Origin: Defluviicoccus sp.
GTDB taxonomy: Bacteria > Pseudomonadota > Alphaproteobacteria > MPNO01
DNA length: 64,000 bases
Reading direction: 5' to 3'
Assembly: GCA_028820505.1 (NCBI GenBank)
Contig: JAPPIT010000017.1
Coordinates: forward strand, 1,409-65,408
Shown one piece after another: positions 1-8,716 of the stretch. A program made the position numbers and the translations under genes. The number at the start of each line of letters is the position of its first letter. The first letter of the stretch is position 1. The notes beneath the pieces were generated by a model that was not told the origin of the DNA, did not search any database, and worked only from the letters and a program-made list of their open reading frames with translations.

Positions 1-1825
1 TGCATCGGGAGGTCTCGTAGAATTCCTCCGCGGCGAGCGCGTCGGCGCCCCGGGCGCGCACGATCCCGCCGAGCGGGATCGAGGGGCCGCCGCCGTCTGC
101 TTGGACGACGCCGTCCCGGATCGCGAGGCGCGCGGCGGGCGTCTGCAGGAGCTCGGACGCGGCCGCGAGCGCCTTGCCGCGCACCGCGAGCGCCGTCGCG
201 TGAACCGCGCTTCCGGTCATCACCGTCGCGCGCGCGGCATGCGCGCCGATGCCGTAGGGGATGCGGTCGGTCTGCCCGTGCACCACCGCGATGCCGCGGT
301 AGTCGACGCCGAGGGCGGCGGCGCAGATCTGCGCCATCGCGGTCTCGAACCCCTGCCCCACCGAGGCGCCGCCGGTGACGATCTCGACCGCGCCGTCCCC
401 GTCCACCGCGATCCGCGCCCCGTCTGAGGGGCCGCGCCCGCTCTCCTCGAGGAAGGTCGCGACGCCGGCCCCGACCAGCTCGCCCGCGCCGCGGCGCCGC
501 GCGAGGTCGGCCCGGAGCCCGTCCCAGCCGACCGCGTCCAGCGCCTTTTGCAGCAGCAGCGGGTAGTCGCCGCTGTCGAGGTCGAGCGTCTCGGCGTAGG
601 GCTCGTCGTAGGCGACGGTGCAGGGCAGGTCGGAAGGAGCGATCAGGTTGCGCCGGCGGATCTCCACCGGATCGATGCCGAGGCGGTGCGCGGCGGCGTC
701 CATCAGCCGCTCGCGGACGAAGCTCGATTCGAACCGCCCGGGCGCGCGGTAGGTCGCGGCCGGCGCCTTGTTGGTCAGGCGGACATGGCAGGACGCCCGG
801 TAGGCGGGTATGCGGTAAAGCCCCGGCAGCGAGCACATCGTCCGGTTGGGGACGCTCACCCCGTGGGTCCGGAGATAGGCGCCCTGGTCGTGCCAGATCT
901 CGTCCTCCAGGGCGAGGATGCGGCCTTCGGCGTCGACGGCGAGACGCGCCCGGTGGCGCTGCTCGCGGCCCTGGTTGGCCGCCATCAGGTGCTCCTGGCG
1001 GTCCTCGATCCACTTGACCGGGCGTGAGAAGCGCCGCGCGGCGAGCAGCACCAGCAGGTCCTCGGGGTAGAGCTCGCCGCGGATCCCGAACCCGCCGCCG
1101 ACATGGCCCTCGTAGAGATGGATCCGCTCCGGCGCGAGCCCCAGCATGCGGATCAGGGTCTCCTTGTTGCGGTGCGGGACCTTGGCCGCGCCGTGCAGCT
1201 CCAGCCGGTCGCGCGCGGCGTCGTAGACCCCGATCGCGCCGCGCGTCTCCATCGGGACGCCCGCATGCCGTCCGGTGCGGAGGTCGAGCGAGACCACCTC
1301 ATGGGCCTCCGCGAACCCGGCCCCGGCATCGCCGAACGTATGGGTGAGCAGCGTCGCCCCGGTGCCGAGGCCGGGCGCGAACTCGCCGGGCTCCCGGTCC
1401 GCCCGGGTAACCGGCGGCAGCGGTTCGTAATCGACCTCGACCAGCTCGGCCGCGTCCTCGGCGAGATAGGGGGTCCCGGCGAACACGGCGGCCACCGGCT
1501 CGCCGACATAGCGCGCGCGACCCCGCGCAAGCACGTGCTGGCGATAGGGCTTGAGGGCCTCGATCTGGCGGTCGGAGCGGAAGTCTATCGGCGGGATGTC
1601 GGCGACGTCGGCGCCGGACCACACCGCATGCACGCCGTCCATCGCCAGCGCGGCGGCGGCATCGACGGCGCCTACCTCCGCGTGGGCGTGCGGCGAGCGG
1701 ACGATCCGCATGTGGAGCTGGCCGGGGAAGTCGATGTCGCCGGCGAAGCGCCCGCGCCCGGCGACCAGCGGCGGATCCTCGATCCGCGCGAGCGGCCGGC
1801 CGAGGAGGCCTTCGTCGTCGCCCAC
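1..1825 (-). CDS. Xanthine dehydrogenase-family molybdopterin-binding large subunit (3' end runs off window)
   Basis: Hand translation from GTG at 1825 gives MGDDEGLLGRPLARIEDPPLVAGRGRFAGDIDFPGQLHMRIVRSPHAHA..., then TNKAPAATYRAPGRFESSFVRE and GASVGQGFETAMAQI, all typical molybdo-hydroxylase motifs. Absent from the ORF track because there is no in-window stop. Confidence 0.9.
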   Translation of the reverse strand, partial: MGDDEGLLGRPLARIEDPPLVAGRGRFAGDIDFPGQLHMRIVRSPHAHAEVGAVDAAAALAMDGVHAVWSGADVADIPPIDFRSDRQIEALKPYRQHVLARGRARYVGEPVAAVFAGTPYLAEDAAELVEVDYEPLPPVTRADREPGEFAPGLGTGATLLTHTFGDAGAGFAEAHEVVSLDLRTGRHAGVPMETRGAIGVYDAARDRLELHGAAKVPHRNKETLIRMLGLAPERIHLYEGHVGGGFGIRGELYPEDLLVLLAARRFSRPVKWIEDRQEHLMAANQGREQRHRARLAVDAEGRILALEDEIWHDQGAYLRTHGVSVPNRTMCSLPGLYRIPAYRASCHVRLTNKAPAATYRAPGRFESSFVRERLMDAAAHRLGIDPVEIRRRNLIAPSDLPCTVAYDEPYAETLDLDSGDYPLLLQKALDAVGWDGLRADLARRRGAGELVGAGVATFLEESGRGPSDGARIAVDGDGAVEIVTGGASVGQGFETAMAQICAAALGVDYRGIAVVHGQTDRIPYGIGAHAARATVMTGSAVHATALAVRGKALAAASELLQTPAARLAIRDGVVQADGGGPSIPLGGIVRARGADALAAEEFYETSRC

Positions 1826-1836
1826 CGGGGCCCGGC

Positions 1837-3024
1837 CTAGACGCGTCCGCCGGGCTCGAGCCCGAGGATCGCCATCCCGGCGTGTTCGAGGTTGGACGGC
1901 GCAGCCTGGATCTGCTGCGACACGGTGTTCATGTCGCGGAAGCGCCGCTCGAACGGGTTGGCCGCATGGATCGCGGTGGCGCCCGCCCGGTGATAGGCCA
2001 TCGCGACCACCTCGCGCGCCCGGCCCGAGGCATAGGCGCAGGCGATCCGGAGCCGCGCGCGCCGGTCGAGATCGAGCGCGTCGCCGCGCCCCAGCACGTG
2101 CCAGATCTCTTCCATCGTCTCCAGCAGGTAGGCGCGCGAAGCGCCGAGATGGCCCTCCGCGAGCGCCACGTCGGACTGGACCGCGGTGCCGTCGCGCAGC
2201 GTCCCGGCGGTATGGCTCGCGGTCTTGGCGGCGGCGAGCGCGATGAACTCGTCCAGCGTCGCCCGCGCGATGCCGAGCGCGACGCTCGCGAACGTCATGC
2301 CGTAGAACGCGGTCAGCGCGATCCGGTAGAGCGGCCCGGTCTCGCGCCGGTCGGGCTCGTGGTCGCGGAGGAAGCTGTAGGCTTCGGGGACGAACAGATC
2401 CTCCACCTCGTAGTCGTCGCTGCCCGTCCCCGTGAGCCCGATCGTGTCCCAGACCGGGTCGACCGTCGCGGTGGCGGCGGGGAACAGCAAGGTGCGGGTG
2501 TGCGGGCGGCCGTCCGGGTTGAGGAGGGGCTTCCCGTCCCGGCCGGTCTCCATGGTGTGCGCGCCGAACCAGGTCGCATTGCGAATCCCGCTGGCATAGG
2601 ACCAGCGCCCGGTCAGCCGGTAGCCGCCGTCCACCTTCGCGACGTGCCCGGACGTGTTGAACGGTCCCCAGGCGAGGACCGAATCCGGCGCGCCGAAGAT
2701 TTCCGAGGCCACGTCCGGTGCAAGAAATGCAGCGGAAAGGGAGCAACCGAGGCCCTGTCCGAGACACCATGCCGTGCTGGCGTCCGCCGCCGAAACGGTC
2801 GAGACCACCCCGGACAGGGTCATCGGCGACGCCTCGCCGCCGCCCATCGAGCGCGGCAGGCAGAGCCGGAACAGCTCCGCCTCGTGCATCGCGGCCATGA
2901 CCTCTTGCGTCACCTTGCCCTCCCGCTCGGTCCGGCCGGCATGGGAAGCGATCAGTGGGGCCACTTTCCGCGCGCGGGCCACCCAGTCGATCTCGCGCGG
3001 CTTCAGCGGTTCGGGAGTCGCCAA
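1837..3024 (-). CDS. Acyl-CoA dehydrogenase-fold flavin-dependent monooxygenase (HsaA/C2-like oxygenase component)
   Basis: ASTAWC, GRWSYASG, W..IGLTGTGSDD and FERRFRD motifs. Start re-called to TTG at 3024 (GGA upstream); the 3414 start in the track overlaps msrB. Confidence 0.85.
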   Translation of the reverse strand: MATPEPLKPREIDWVARARKVAPLIASHAGRTEREGKVTQEVMAAMHEAELFRLCLPRSMGGGEASPMTLSGVVSTVSAADASTAWCLGQGLGCSLSAAFLAPDVASEIFGAPDSVLAWGPFNTSGHVAKVDGGYRLTGRWSYASGIRNATWFGAHTMETGRDGKPLLNPDGRPHTRTLLFPAATATVDPVWDTIGLTGTGSDDYEVEDLFVPEAYSFLRDHEPDRRETGPLYRIALTAFYGMTFASVALGIARATLDEFIALAAAKTASHTAGTLRDGTAVQSDVALAEGHLGASRAYLLETMEEIWHVLGRGDALDLDRRARLRIACAYASGRAREVVAMAYHRAGATAIHAANPFERRFRDMNTVSQQIQAAPSNLEHAGMAILGLEPGGRV

Positions 3025-3044
3025 CGTGGAAATCCTGCCGGCGT

Positions 3045-3461
3045 TCAGCCGTCGTCGCGATCGAGCTTGAGCGACAGCGAATTGATGCAGTAGCGCTGCC
3101 CGGTCGGCATCGGACCGTCGGGGAAGACGTGGCCGAGATGGGCGTCGCAGCGCGCGCAATGGACCTCGGTGCGGACCATGAACAGGCTGCGGTCGGTCGT
3201 GGTGCCGACGGCGCCGGCGTCGTACGGCTGGTAGAAGCTGGGCCAGCCGGTGCCGGAATTGAACTTGGTCCTCGAATCGAACAGCTTCTGCCCGCAGCAG
3301 ATGCAGACATAGGTGCCGGCATCCTTGCAGCCGTCGTACTCGCCCGAGAACGGACGCTCGGTGGCGTGCTGGCGGGTGACGGCATATTGCTCCGGCGTCA
3401 GCTGCGCCCGCCATTCCTCGTCGGTCTTCTCGACGCGATCGGTCTTCGTCTCGGTCGCCAT
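3045..3461 (-). CDS. msrB: Peptide-methionine (R)-S-oxide reductase
   Basis: [21 protein letters not shown] and RYCINS motifs, two Zn CxxC pairs; ATG at 3461. Confidence 0.97.
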   Translation of the reverse strand: MATETKTDRVEKTDEEWRAQLTPEQYAVTRQHATERPFSGEYDGCKDAGTYVCICCGQKLFDSRTKFNSGTGWPSFYQPYDAGAVGTTTDRSLFMVRTEVHCARCDAHLGHVFPDGPMPTGQRYCINSLSLKLDRDDG

Positions 3462-3465
3462 CGGC

Positions 3466-4191
3466 TCAGTTTCCTCCGTAAAGGCGTTCCAGCATGTCGC
3501 CGAACGCGCGCAGCGCATCCGCCCCCGCGCCGGCATAGCTCGACCCGTGCATGCAGGCGAGCGTCTCCGGCCCGAGCGCCGCGAGTCCCTCCAGGATCGG
3601 CCCGGTCTCGCGCGTGTAGGGGACGGAATGCGACATCGGCCCCTCCTTCTGCGCACTGTTGTAGGCATCGGTGCGCGCGACGATGTCGCCCTCGTAGAGC
3701 GGCTCGACATCGCCGTTGTGGCCGAACAGGTCGGAACAGAAGAGCGTCCTGGTCTCCTCCTCGAACAGCAGGCTCGCATCCCAGCCGTGCGGCACATGCT
3801 TGGTCTCGATCAGGCGGAACCGGTGGCTGCCGGTCTCGATCCGCTCGTCGGCGCCGGGCACGCGCGGCGGGCGGACCGCGAAGTCGCCCACCGAGGTGCG
3901 CGCGCCGACGAAGCTGCACAGCGCCTCGGCCCGGGGCGCAAGCGCGAGCCAGTCGTTGAGCGTCGCGCACTCGTCCGCCTCGAAATGGCTGAAGCCGATC
4001 CAGCGGATCGTCGCGGGATCGAGGACGGAGGCCGCCGCCTCGCGGATCTCGTCGAAGAAGCCGCGCAAATTGGTGTGGTAGAGCAGCGGCTCCTCGTCGC
4101 GCACGAGGAAGCTGTTGAACTGGAAATTCGCCTGCGGGTTATAGGCGGACAGGCGGAATATGTCGGGCGCGATCTCGTCGACCTGGGCCAT
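3466..4191 (-). CDS. MBL-fold di-iron protein (ODP / FprA N-terminal-like, no flavodoxin domain)
   Basis: [28 protein letters not shown] and CMHG motifs; 241 aa. Confidence 0.8.
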   Translation of the reverse strand: MAQVDEIAPDIFRLSAYNPQANFQFNSFLVRDEEPLLYHTNLRGFFDEIREAAASVLDPATIRWIGFSHFEADECATLNDWLALAPRAEALCSFVGARTSVGDFAVRPPRVPGADERIETGSHRFRLIETKHVPHGWDASLLFEEETRTLFCSDLFGHNGDVEPLYEGDIVARTDAYNSAQKEGPMSHSVPYTRETGPILEGLAALGPETLACMHGSSYAGAGADALRAFGDMLERLYGGN

Positions 4192-4208
4192 TGGGGCTCC
4201 CCTATCGG

Positions 4209-4222
4209 GACTTCGCGAAGTC
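4209..4222. promoter_or_regulatory. Perfect 14-bp palindrome, candidate operator of the ODP-msrB operon
   Basis: GACTTCGCGAAGTC lies 17 bp upstream of the ATG at 4191. Confidence 0.35.
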
Positions 4223-4264
4223 TAGAGGATTTGGCCCGACGCGGAAACGGCGGGGCGGGATATC

Positions 4265-4286
4265 GGTCGGGCGAACCTGCCCGACC
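4265..4286. terminator. GC-rich hairpin downstream of the TA toxin
   Basis: GGTCGGGC-GAACCT-GCCCGACC, 8-bp stem; no clear U-tract. Confidence 0.35.
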
Positions 4287-4298
4287 TTGCATCCGACG

Positions 4299-4646
4299 TC
4301 ATCCTTCGAGCAACCGAACCATCATGTGCCGAACGTGATCCTGCCCGCCGAAGAACACCGCGAGGACACGCACCGCCCCGCGCGGTTCGTCGATGTCGAA
4401 CCGGTAGATTGCCTGTCCGATGCTCAGATGCCGCAAGCCCGGCAGGATGTCGTCGTGGCGTTCGCCCCGATGGGGCGCGGCGAGAATGCGGTCCGCAGTT
4501 GCCCGGATTTCCAGGACCCTTGCCTCGGCATGATCGAGCGCGCTTTCCAGGCTCTCGCCGAAGTCCAGATAGCTGCGAAGGAGATGGTCGAATATCAGCC
4601 CGAAATCGCGTTCGGCCTCGGCCGAGAATTCAAGACGGAAGGCCAT
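4299..4646 (-). CDS. Type II TA toxin, RelE/ParE family
   Basis: MAFRLEFSAEAERDFGLIFDHL...PHRGERHDDILPGLRHL...VRVLAVFFGGQD; overlaps the antitoxin 3' end. Confidence 0.9.
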   Translation of the reverse strand: MAFRLEFSAEAERDFGLIFDHLLRSYLDFGESLESALDHAEARVLEIRATADRILAAPHRGERHDDILPGLRHLSIGQAIYRFDIDEPRGAVRVLAVFFGGQDHVRHMMVRLLEG

Positions 4647-4905
4647 GCGCGCGACGCCTGGCGGCCACCGTCCCGGCCAGCCGCTCGTCCATGCGTTGCG
4701 CATCCACGAACTCACCCCGGCGCCGGCGCGACAGGAGCTCGCGCAGGGCCGCGGTTTCCAGCTCCTCGGAGTCGATCCGCTGGCGCAACAGATCGACGCC
4801 TTGCTGCAACACCGCGCTGAGGCTGGGATATCGCCCGGCTTCGACCAGCGCCCGCGCGAAGGCGTGCTGCTCGTCGGTAAGCGAGACCGAGGACTTGACC
4901 GTCAT
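4630..4905 (-). CDS. Type II TA antitoxin, ribbon-helix-helix (ParD-like)
   Basis: MTVKSSVSLTDEQHAFARALVEAGRYPSLSAVLQQGVDLLR; GGAGG upstream of ATG 4905. Confidence 0.9.
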   Translation of the reverse strand: MTVKSSVSLTDEQHAFARALVEAGRYPSLSAVLQQGVDLLRQRIDSEELETAALRELLSRRRRGEFVDAQRMDERLAGTVAARRRAHGLPS

Positions 4906-4925
4906 GAGCGCCTCCCTGCCAATAC

Positions 4926-4944
4926 GGTAATACTTGGTAGCACC
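4926..4944. promoter_or_regulatory. Imperfect palindrome, candidate TA autoregulatory operator
   Basis: GGTaaTAC-ttg-GTAgcACC, about 20 bp upstream of the antitoxin start. Confidence 0.45.
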
Positions 4945-5055
4945 GGAATCAATGGCGATCGTCGAGCGGTGACGGCGCGGTTCGTTCGATTCGATTGCAA
5001 TGGCGGCGGTATCCAGGTTTGGCTGCGGCGAAGAATGAACTTGCGGGGAGGCCTC

Positions 5056-5949
5056 TTGACCGTGCTGCCGGATTCCGGACCCGAGCGCGACCGTGTCGTC
5101 GGCCGGCTGTGGGTGCTCTCGGCGGGGCTCTGCATGAGCCTTGGCGGGCCGATCATCCGGCTCGCCGACGAGAGCATGGAGTGGCAGTTCCTGTTCTACC
5201 GGTCCCTCGGCGCGGCGCTGGCGCTGCTGATCTATTTCCTCTTTTCCGGCCGTCCGGTGCTCACCGCGATCCGCCGCACGGGGGCGACCGGCATTGTCGG
5301 AGGCCTTTGCCTCGCGGTCGGGTTCACCGGCTATGTGTGGGGCGTGATGAATTCCACGGTGGCGAACGCGCTCTTTTTGCTCAGCGCGTCGCCGCTGTTC
5401 GCCGCGTTGCTCGGCTGGACGGTGATGCGCGAGTCCGTGTCCCGTTCGATGTGGTTCGCCATGGGCGGGGTGATGGCGGGCGTCGCGATCATGATCGGCG
5501 AGGGCCTCGCCGAGGCGGACGTATTCGGCGACCTGGCGGCGCTCTCCGCCGCGCTCGGCTTCGCGGGCTTCTCGGTCTGCATCCGGCGCGGCCGGCACAC
5601 CGATATGAGCCCCACCATCCTGATCGCCGCCGCCGTCACCGCCGCGGTCAGCGGGGCGATGGCGGTCGCGGGCGGGAGCGGGCTGGCGGTGCCCATCGCG
5701 GATGTGGGTCTGGCCACGGCCTACGGCGTGCTGGTGATCGGTGCGGGCATATTCATGCTCACGATCGGCGCAAGACATGTGCCGGCGGCCGAGCTGGTCG
5801 TGTTATCGCTGACGGAGGTGGTGTTGGGGTCGATCTGGGTGGCGCTCGCCTTCGGGGAGCTGCCCAGCGTCCTCACCTTCGTCGGCGGAGTCGTCGTGCT
5901 CGGCAGCATTGCCGCCCAGGCCGTCGTCGGGATGCGCCGACCCGATTGA
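5056..5949 (+). CDS. DMT/EamA family transporter
   Basis: About 10 hydrophobic segments with EamA-like repeats. TTG start at 5056 after GGAGG; alternative ATG at 5035. Confidence 0.88.
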   Translation: MTVLPDSGPERDRVVGRLWVLSAGLCMSLGGPIIRLADESMEWQFLFYRSLGAALALLIYFLFSGRPVLTAIRRTGATGIVGGLCLAVGFTGYVWGVMNSTVANALFLLSASPLFAALLGWTVMRESVSRSMWFAMGGVMAGVAIMIGEGLAEADVFGDLAALSAALGFAGFSVCIRRGRHTDMSPTILIAAAVTAAVSGAMAVAGGSGLAVPIADVGLATAYGVLVIGAGIFMLTIGARHVPAAELVVLSLTEVVLGSIWVALAFGELPSVLTFVGGVVVLGSIAAQAVVGMRRPD

Positions 5950-6007
5950 TTCCGTCCGGCGCGGGATACCAGAATGCGGAACCGTGCCGGATCGGGAGGC
6001 CGCCGCG

Positions 6008-7549
6008 ATGCCTGACACTCTTTCGACCGTCGATTTCGACCGTTTCCGTCTCGCCCGTCTCGTCGACCGGCTGGTCGATGCGGGAGAGGTCGAGGTCGTG
6101 GCCGAACCGATCCCGCTGGCGGGCGTGGCGCAGCGCCTCGACGGCAACCCGAAGGCGGTCCTGTTCAAGAGCGCCGGGCCGGAGGGCGCGGCGCTGGTGG
6201 GCAACGTCATGGGGAGCCGCGCGCGGCTCGCGCTGGCGCTCGAGACGGACGAACGCTCGCTGCTGCCGACGATCCTCGAACGCCTCGGCGCGCCCGTCCC
6301 GCCGGTCGAGATTTCGCGCGACCGGGCGCCGGTACAGGAAGTCGTGCTCGAAGGCGGCGACGCGGACCTGACGGCGCTTCCGGTCCATCTCCAGCATGCG
6401 CTCGACGGGGCGCCCTACATCTCGGCCGGGCTCGATTTCTCGCGCGATCCCGCGACCGGGTTCACCAATATCGGGATGCGCCGCCTCATGCTGCGCGGCC
6501 GCCGCGAGGCGGGGATCGACCTCAACGCGCCGAGCGACCTGCGCGCGATCTACGGCGGCGCCCATGCGCGCGGCGAGCGCCTGCCGGTCGCCATCGTGGT
6601 CGGCGCGCACCCCTCGGACGCCATCGCGAGCCTGAGCCTGGTGCCGCCGCAGGACGAGCTCGCGCTGCTGGGCGGCGTGCGCGGCGCGCCGGTGCCGGTC
6701 GTCAAATGCGTGACCAGCGACCTCATGGTGCCGGCCGATGCGGAGATGGTGCTCGAAGGCCATCTCGATCCCGCGGGCTGGTCGGAGCCCGAGGGCCCTT
6801 ACGGCGAATATGTCGGCTATTACGGGGTGCTGAAGTCCAACCCGGTCTTCCATCTGAGCGCGATCACGCGCCGCAGCGACGCGCTGTTCCAGACGGTGAC
6901 CATCGGCGGGCGCTACATGGATACGACCGACACCGCCCAGATCTGCGCGCTCAAGACCGAGGTCTCGCTGTGGAAGGCGCTGGAGACGGCGGTGCGCGAG
7001 CCGGTCGGCGTCTACGTCACCGCGTCCTGCGGCGGGATGTACAACGCCCGCGTCTCGCTCCGCCAGAGGGTGCCGGGCGAGGTCCGCAACGCGATCGCCG
7101 CGGTCTTCGGCTCGAACGCCGACGTGAAGCACGTCTTCGTGACCGACGCCGATATCGACATCTTCTCCGATGCCGAGCTCGACTGGGCGCTCGCCACGCG
7201 GTTCCAGGCGGACCGCGACATCGCGGTCGCGTCGGGCTTCCGGGCGGTGCCCCTCGACCCGTCGCTGCAGGGCGAACGGGCGGGCGCCAAGGCGGGGTTC
7301 GACCTGACCGTCCCGTTCGGCAAGCTGGGCGCGCAGGAATTCACCGTGCCCGAGCCGCCGCAACTGCCACCCCTTGCAGCGGGCGGGCTGTCGGCGGCGG
7401 AAGCCCTCGCCGACGGGCCGAAACACTTCCGCGAGCTGATGGAGGCGGCGGGCTCGGACGACGGGCGGGAGATCGTCCGCGAGCTGGAGACCCTCTACGC
7501 CGAGGGCCGGCTCGGCAGGGACCGGGACGGGCGCTACGTGTTGGGGTAG
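6008..7549 (+). CDS. UbiD-family prFMN-dependent (de)carboxylase with C-terminal extension
   Basis: EGPYGEY catalytic motif, [10 protein letters not shown]...WALATR and K.GFDLT; ATG 6008 after GGAGG. Confidence 0.92.
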   Translation: MPDTLSTVDFDRFRLARLVDRLVDAGEVEVVAEPIPLAGVAQRLDGNPKAVLFKSAGPEGAALVGNVMGSRARLALALETDERSLLPTILERLGAPVPPVEISRDRAPVQEVVLEGGDADLTALPVHLQHALDGAPYISAGLDFSRDPATGFTNIGMRRLMLRGRREAGIDLNAPSDLRAIYGGAHARGERLPVAIVVGAHPSDAIASLSLVPPQDELALLGGVRGAPVPVVKCVTSDLMVPADAEMVLEGHLDPAGWSEPEGPYGEYVGYYGVLKSNPVFHLSAITRRSDALFQTVTIGGRYMDTTDTAQICALKTEVSLWKALETAVREPVGVYVTASCGGMYNARVSLRQRVPGEVRNAIAAVFGSNADVKHVFVTDADIDIFSDAELDWALATRFQADRDIAVASGFRAVPLDPSLQGERAGAKAGFDLTVPFGKLGAQEFTVPEPPQLPPLAAGGLSAAEALADGPKHFRELMEAAGSDDGREIVRELETLYAEGRLGRDRDGRYVLG

Positions 7550-7590
7550 GATCGCACGAGGCTGAACGCGAAACAGGGGGAGCCGAAGGA

Positions 7591-8700
7591 ATGGATGTCC
7601 GAGCCGCGGTCGCGCACGAGGCAGGGAAGCCGCTTACCGTCGAGACGGTGCAGCTCGACGGCCCCAGGGACGACGAGGTGCTGGTCGAGGTCAAGGCGAC
7701 CGGCGTCTGCCACACCGACGAGTTCACGCTCTCGGGCGCCGACCCCGAGGGGCTGTTCCCGTCGATCCTCGGTCACGAGGGCGCGGGCGTCGTGGTCGAC
7801 ATCGGCAAGAACGTGACCTCGGTCGCCAAGGGCGACCACGTCATCCCGCTCTATATCCCCGAATGCCGCCAGTGCAAGTCGTGCCTCTCGGGCAAGACCA
7901 ATCTCTGCACCGCGATCCGCGCCACCCAGGGCCAGGGCGTCATGCCGGACGGAACCAGCCGCTTCTCGCTCGGCGGGGAGAACCTGTTCCACTATATGGG
8001 GACGTCGACCTTCGCCAATTACAGCGTGATGCCCGAGATCGCGGTCGCCAAGGTCCGCGAGGACGCCCCGTTCGACAAGATCTGCTACATCGGCTGCGGC
8101 GTGACGACCGGCATCGGCGCGGTCATCAACACCGCCGGCGTCGAGCCGGGCGCCAACGTGGTCGTGTTCGGGCTCGGCGGGATCGGGCTCAACGTGATCC
8201 AGGGCGCGCGGATCGCGGGCGCGGACAAGATCGTCGGCGTCGACATCAACCCGTCCAAGAGCTCGCTGGCCGAAACGTTCGGCATGACCCACTTCGTCAA
8301 TCCGAACGAGGTCGAGGGCGACCTGGTCCCCTACCTGGTGGACCTCACGGACGGCGGCGCGGACTATTCCTTCGAGTGCATCGGCAACGTATCGACGATG
8401 CGCCAAGCGCTCGAATGCTGCCACCGCGGCTGGGGGGTCAGCGTGATCATCGGCGTCGCGGGCGCGGGGCAGGAGATTTCGACCCGCCCGTTCCAGCTGG
8501 TGACCGGAAGGGTCTGGAAGGGCACCGCCTTCGGCGGGGCCAAGAGCCGGACCGAGGTGCCGAAGATCGTCGACTGGTACATGGACGGGAAGATCAATAT
8601 CGACGATCTGATCACCCACACCATGCCGCTCCAGGACATCAATTCGGCCTTCGACCTGATGCACGAAGGCAAGTCGATCCGCTCGGTGGTGACGTTCTAG
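7591..8700 (+). CDS. frmA: S-(hydroxymethyl)glutathione dehydrogenase / class III alcohol dehydrogenase
   Basis: [32 protein letters not shown] and [19 protein letters not shown]; ATG 7591. Confidence 0.97.
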   Translation: MDVRAAVAHEAGKPLTVETVQLDGPRDDEVLVEVKATGVCHTDEFTLSGADPEGLFPSILGHEGAGVVVDIGKNVTSVAKGDHVIPLYIPECRQCKSCLSGKTNLCTAIRATQGQGVMPDGTSRFSLGGENLFHYMGTSTFANYSVMPEIAVAKVREDAPFDKICYIGCGVTTGIGAVINTAGVEPGANVVVFGLGGIGLNVIQGARIAGADKIVGVDINPSKSSLAETFGMTHFVNPNEVEGDLVPYLVDLTDGGADYSFECIGNVSTMRQALECCHRGWGVSVIIGVAGAGQEISTRPFQLVTGRVWKGTAFGGAKSRTEVPKIVDWYMDGKINIDDLITHTMPLQDINSAFDLMHEGKSIRSVVTF

Positions 8701-8716
8701 GCGCGTTTCGCCGGGC

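Noticed and set aside
1-20. Possible frameshift at the extreme left end of the XDH-family gene (YETSRC)
   Set aside because: Only a few codons are visible at the window edge, so it cannot be judged.
1-1825. Aerobic CO dehydrogenase (coxL)
   Set aside because: The active-site loop is TYRAPGR, not AYxCSFR, and there are no coxM/coxS neighbours.
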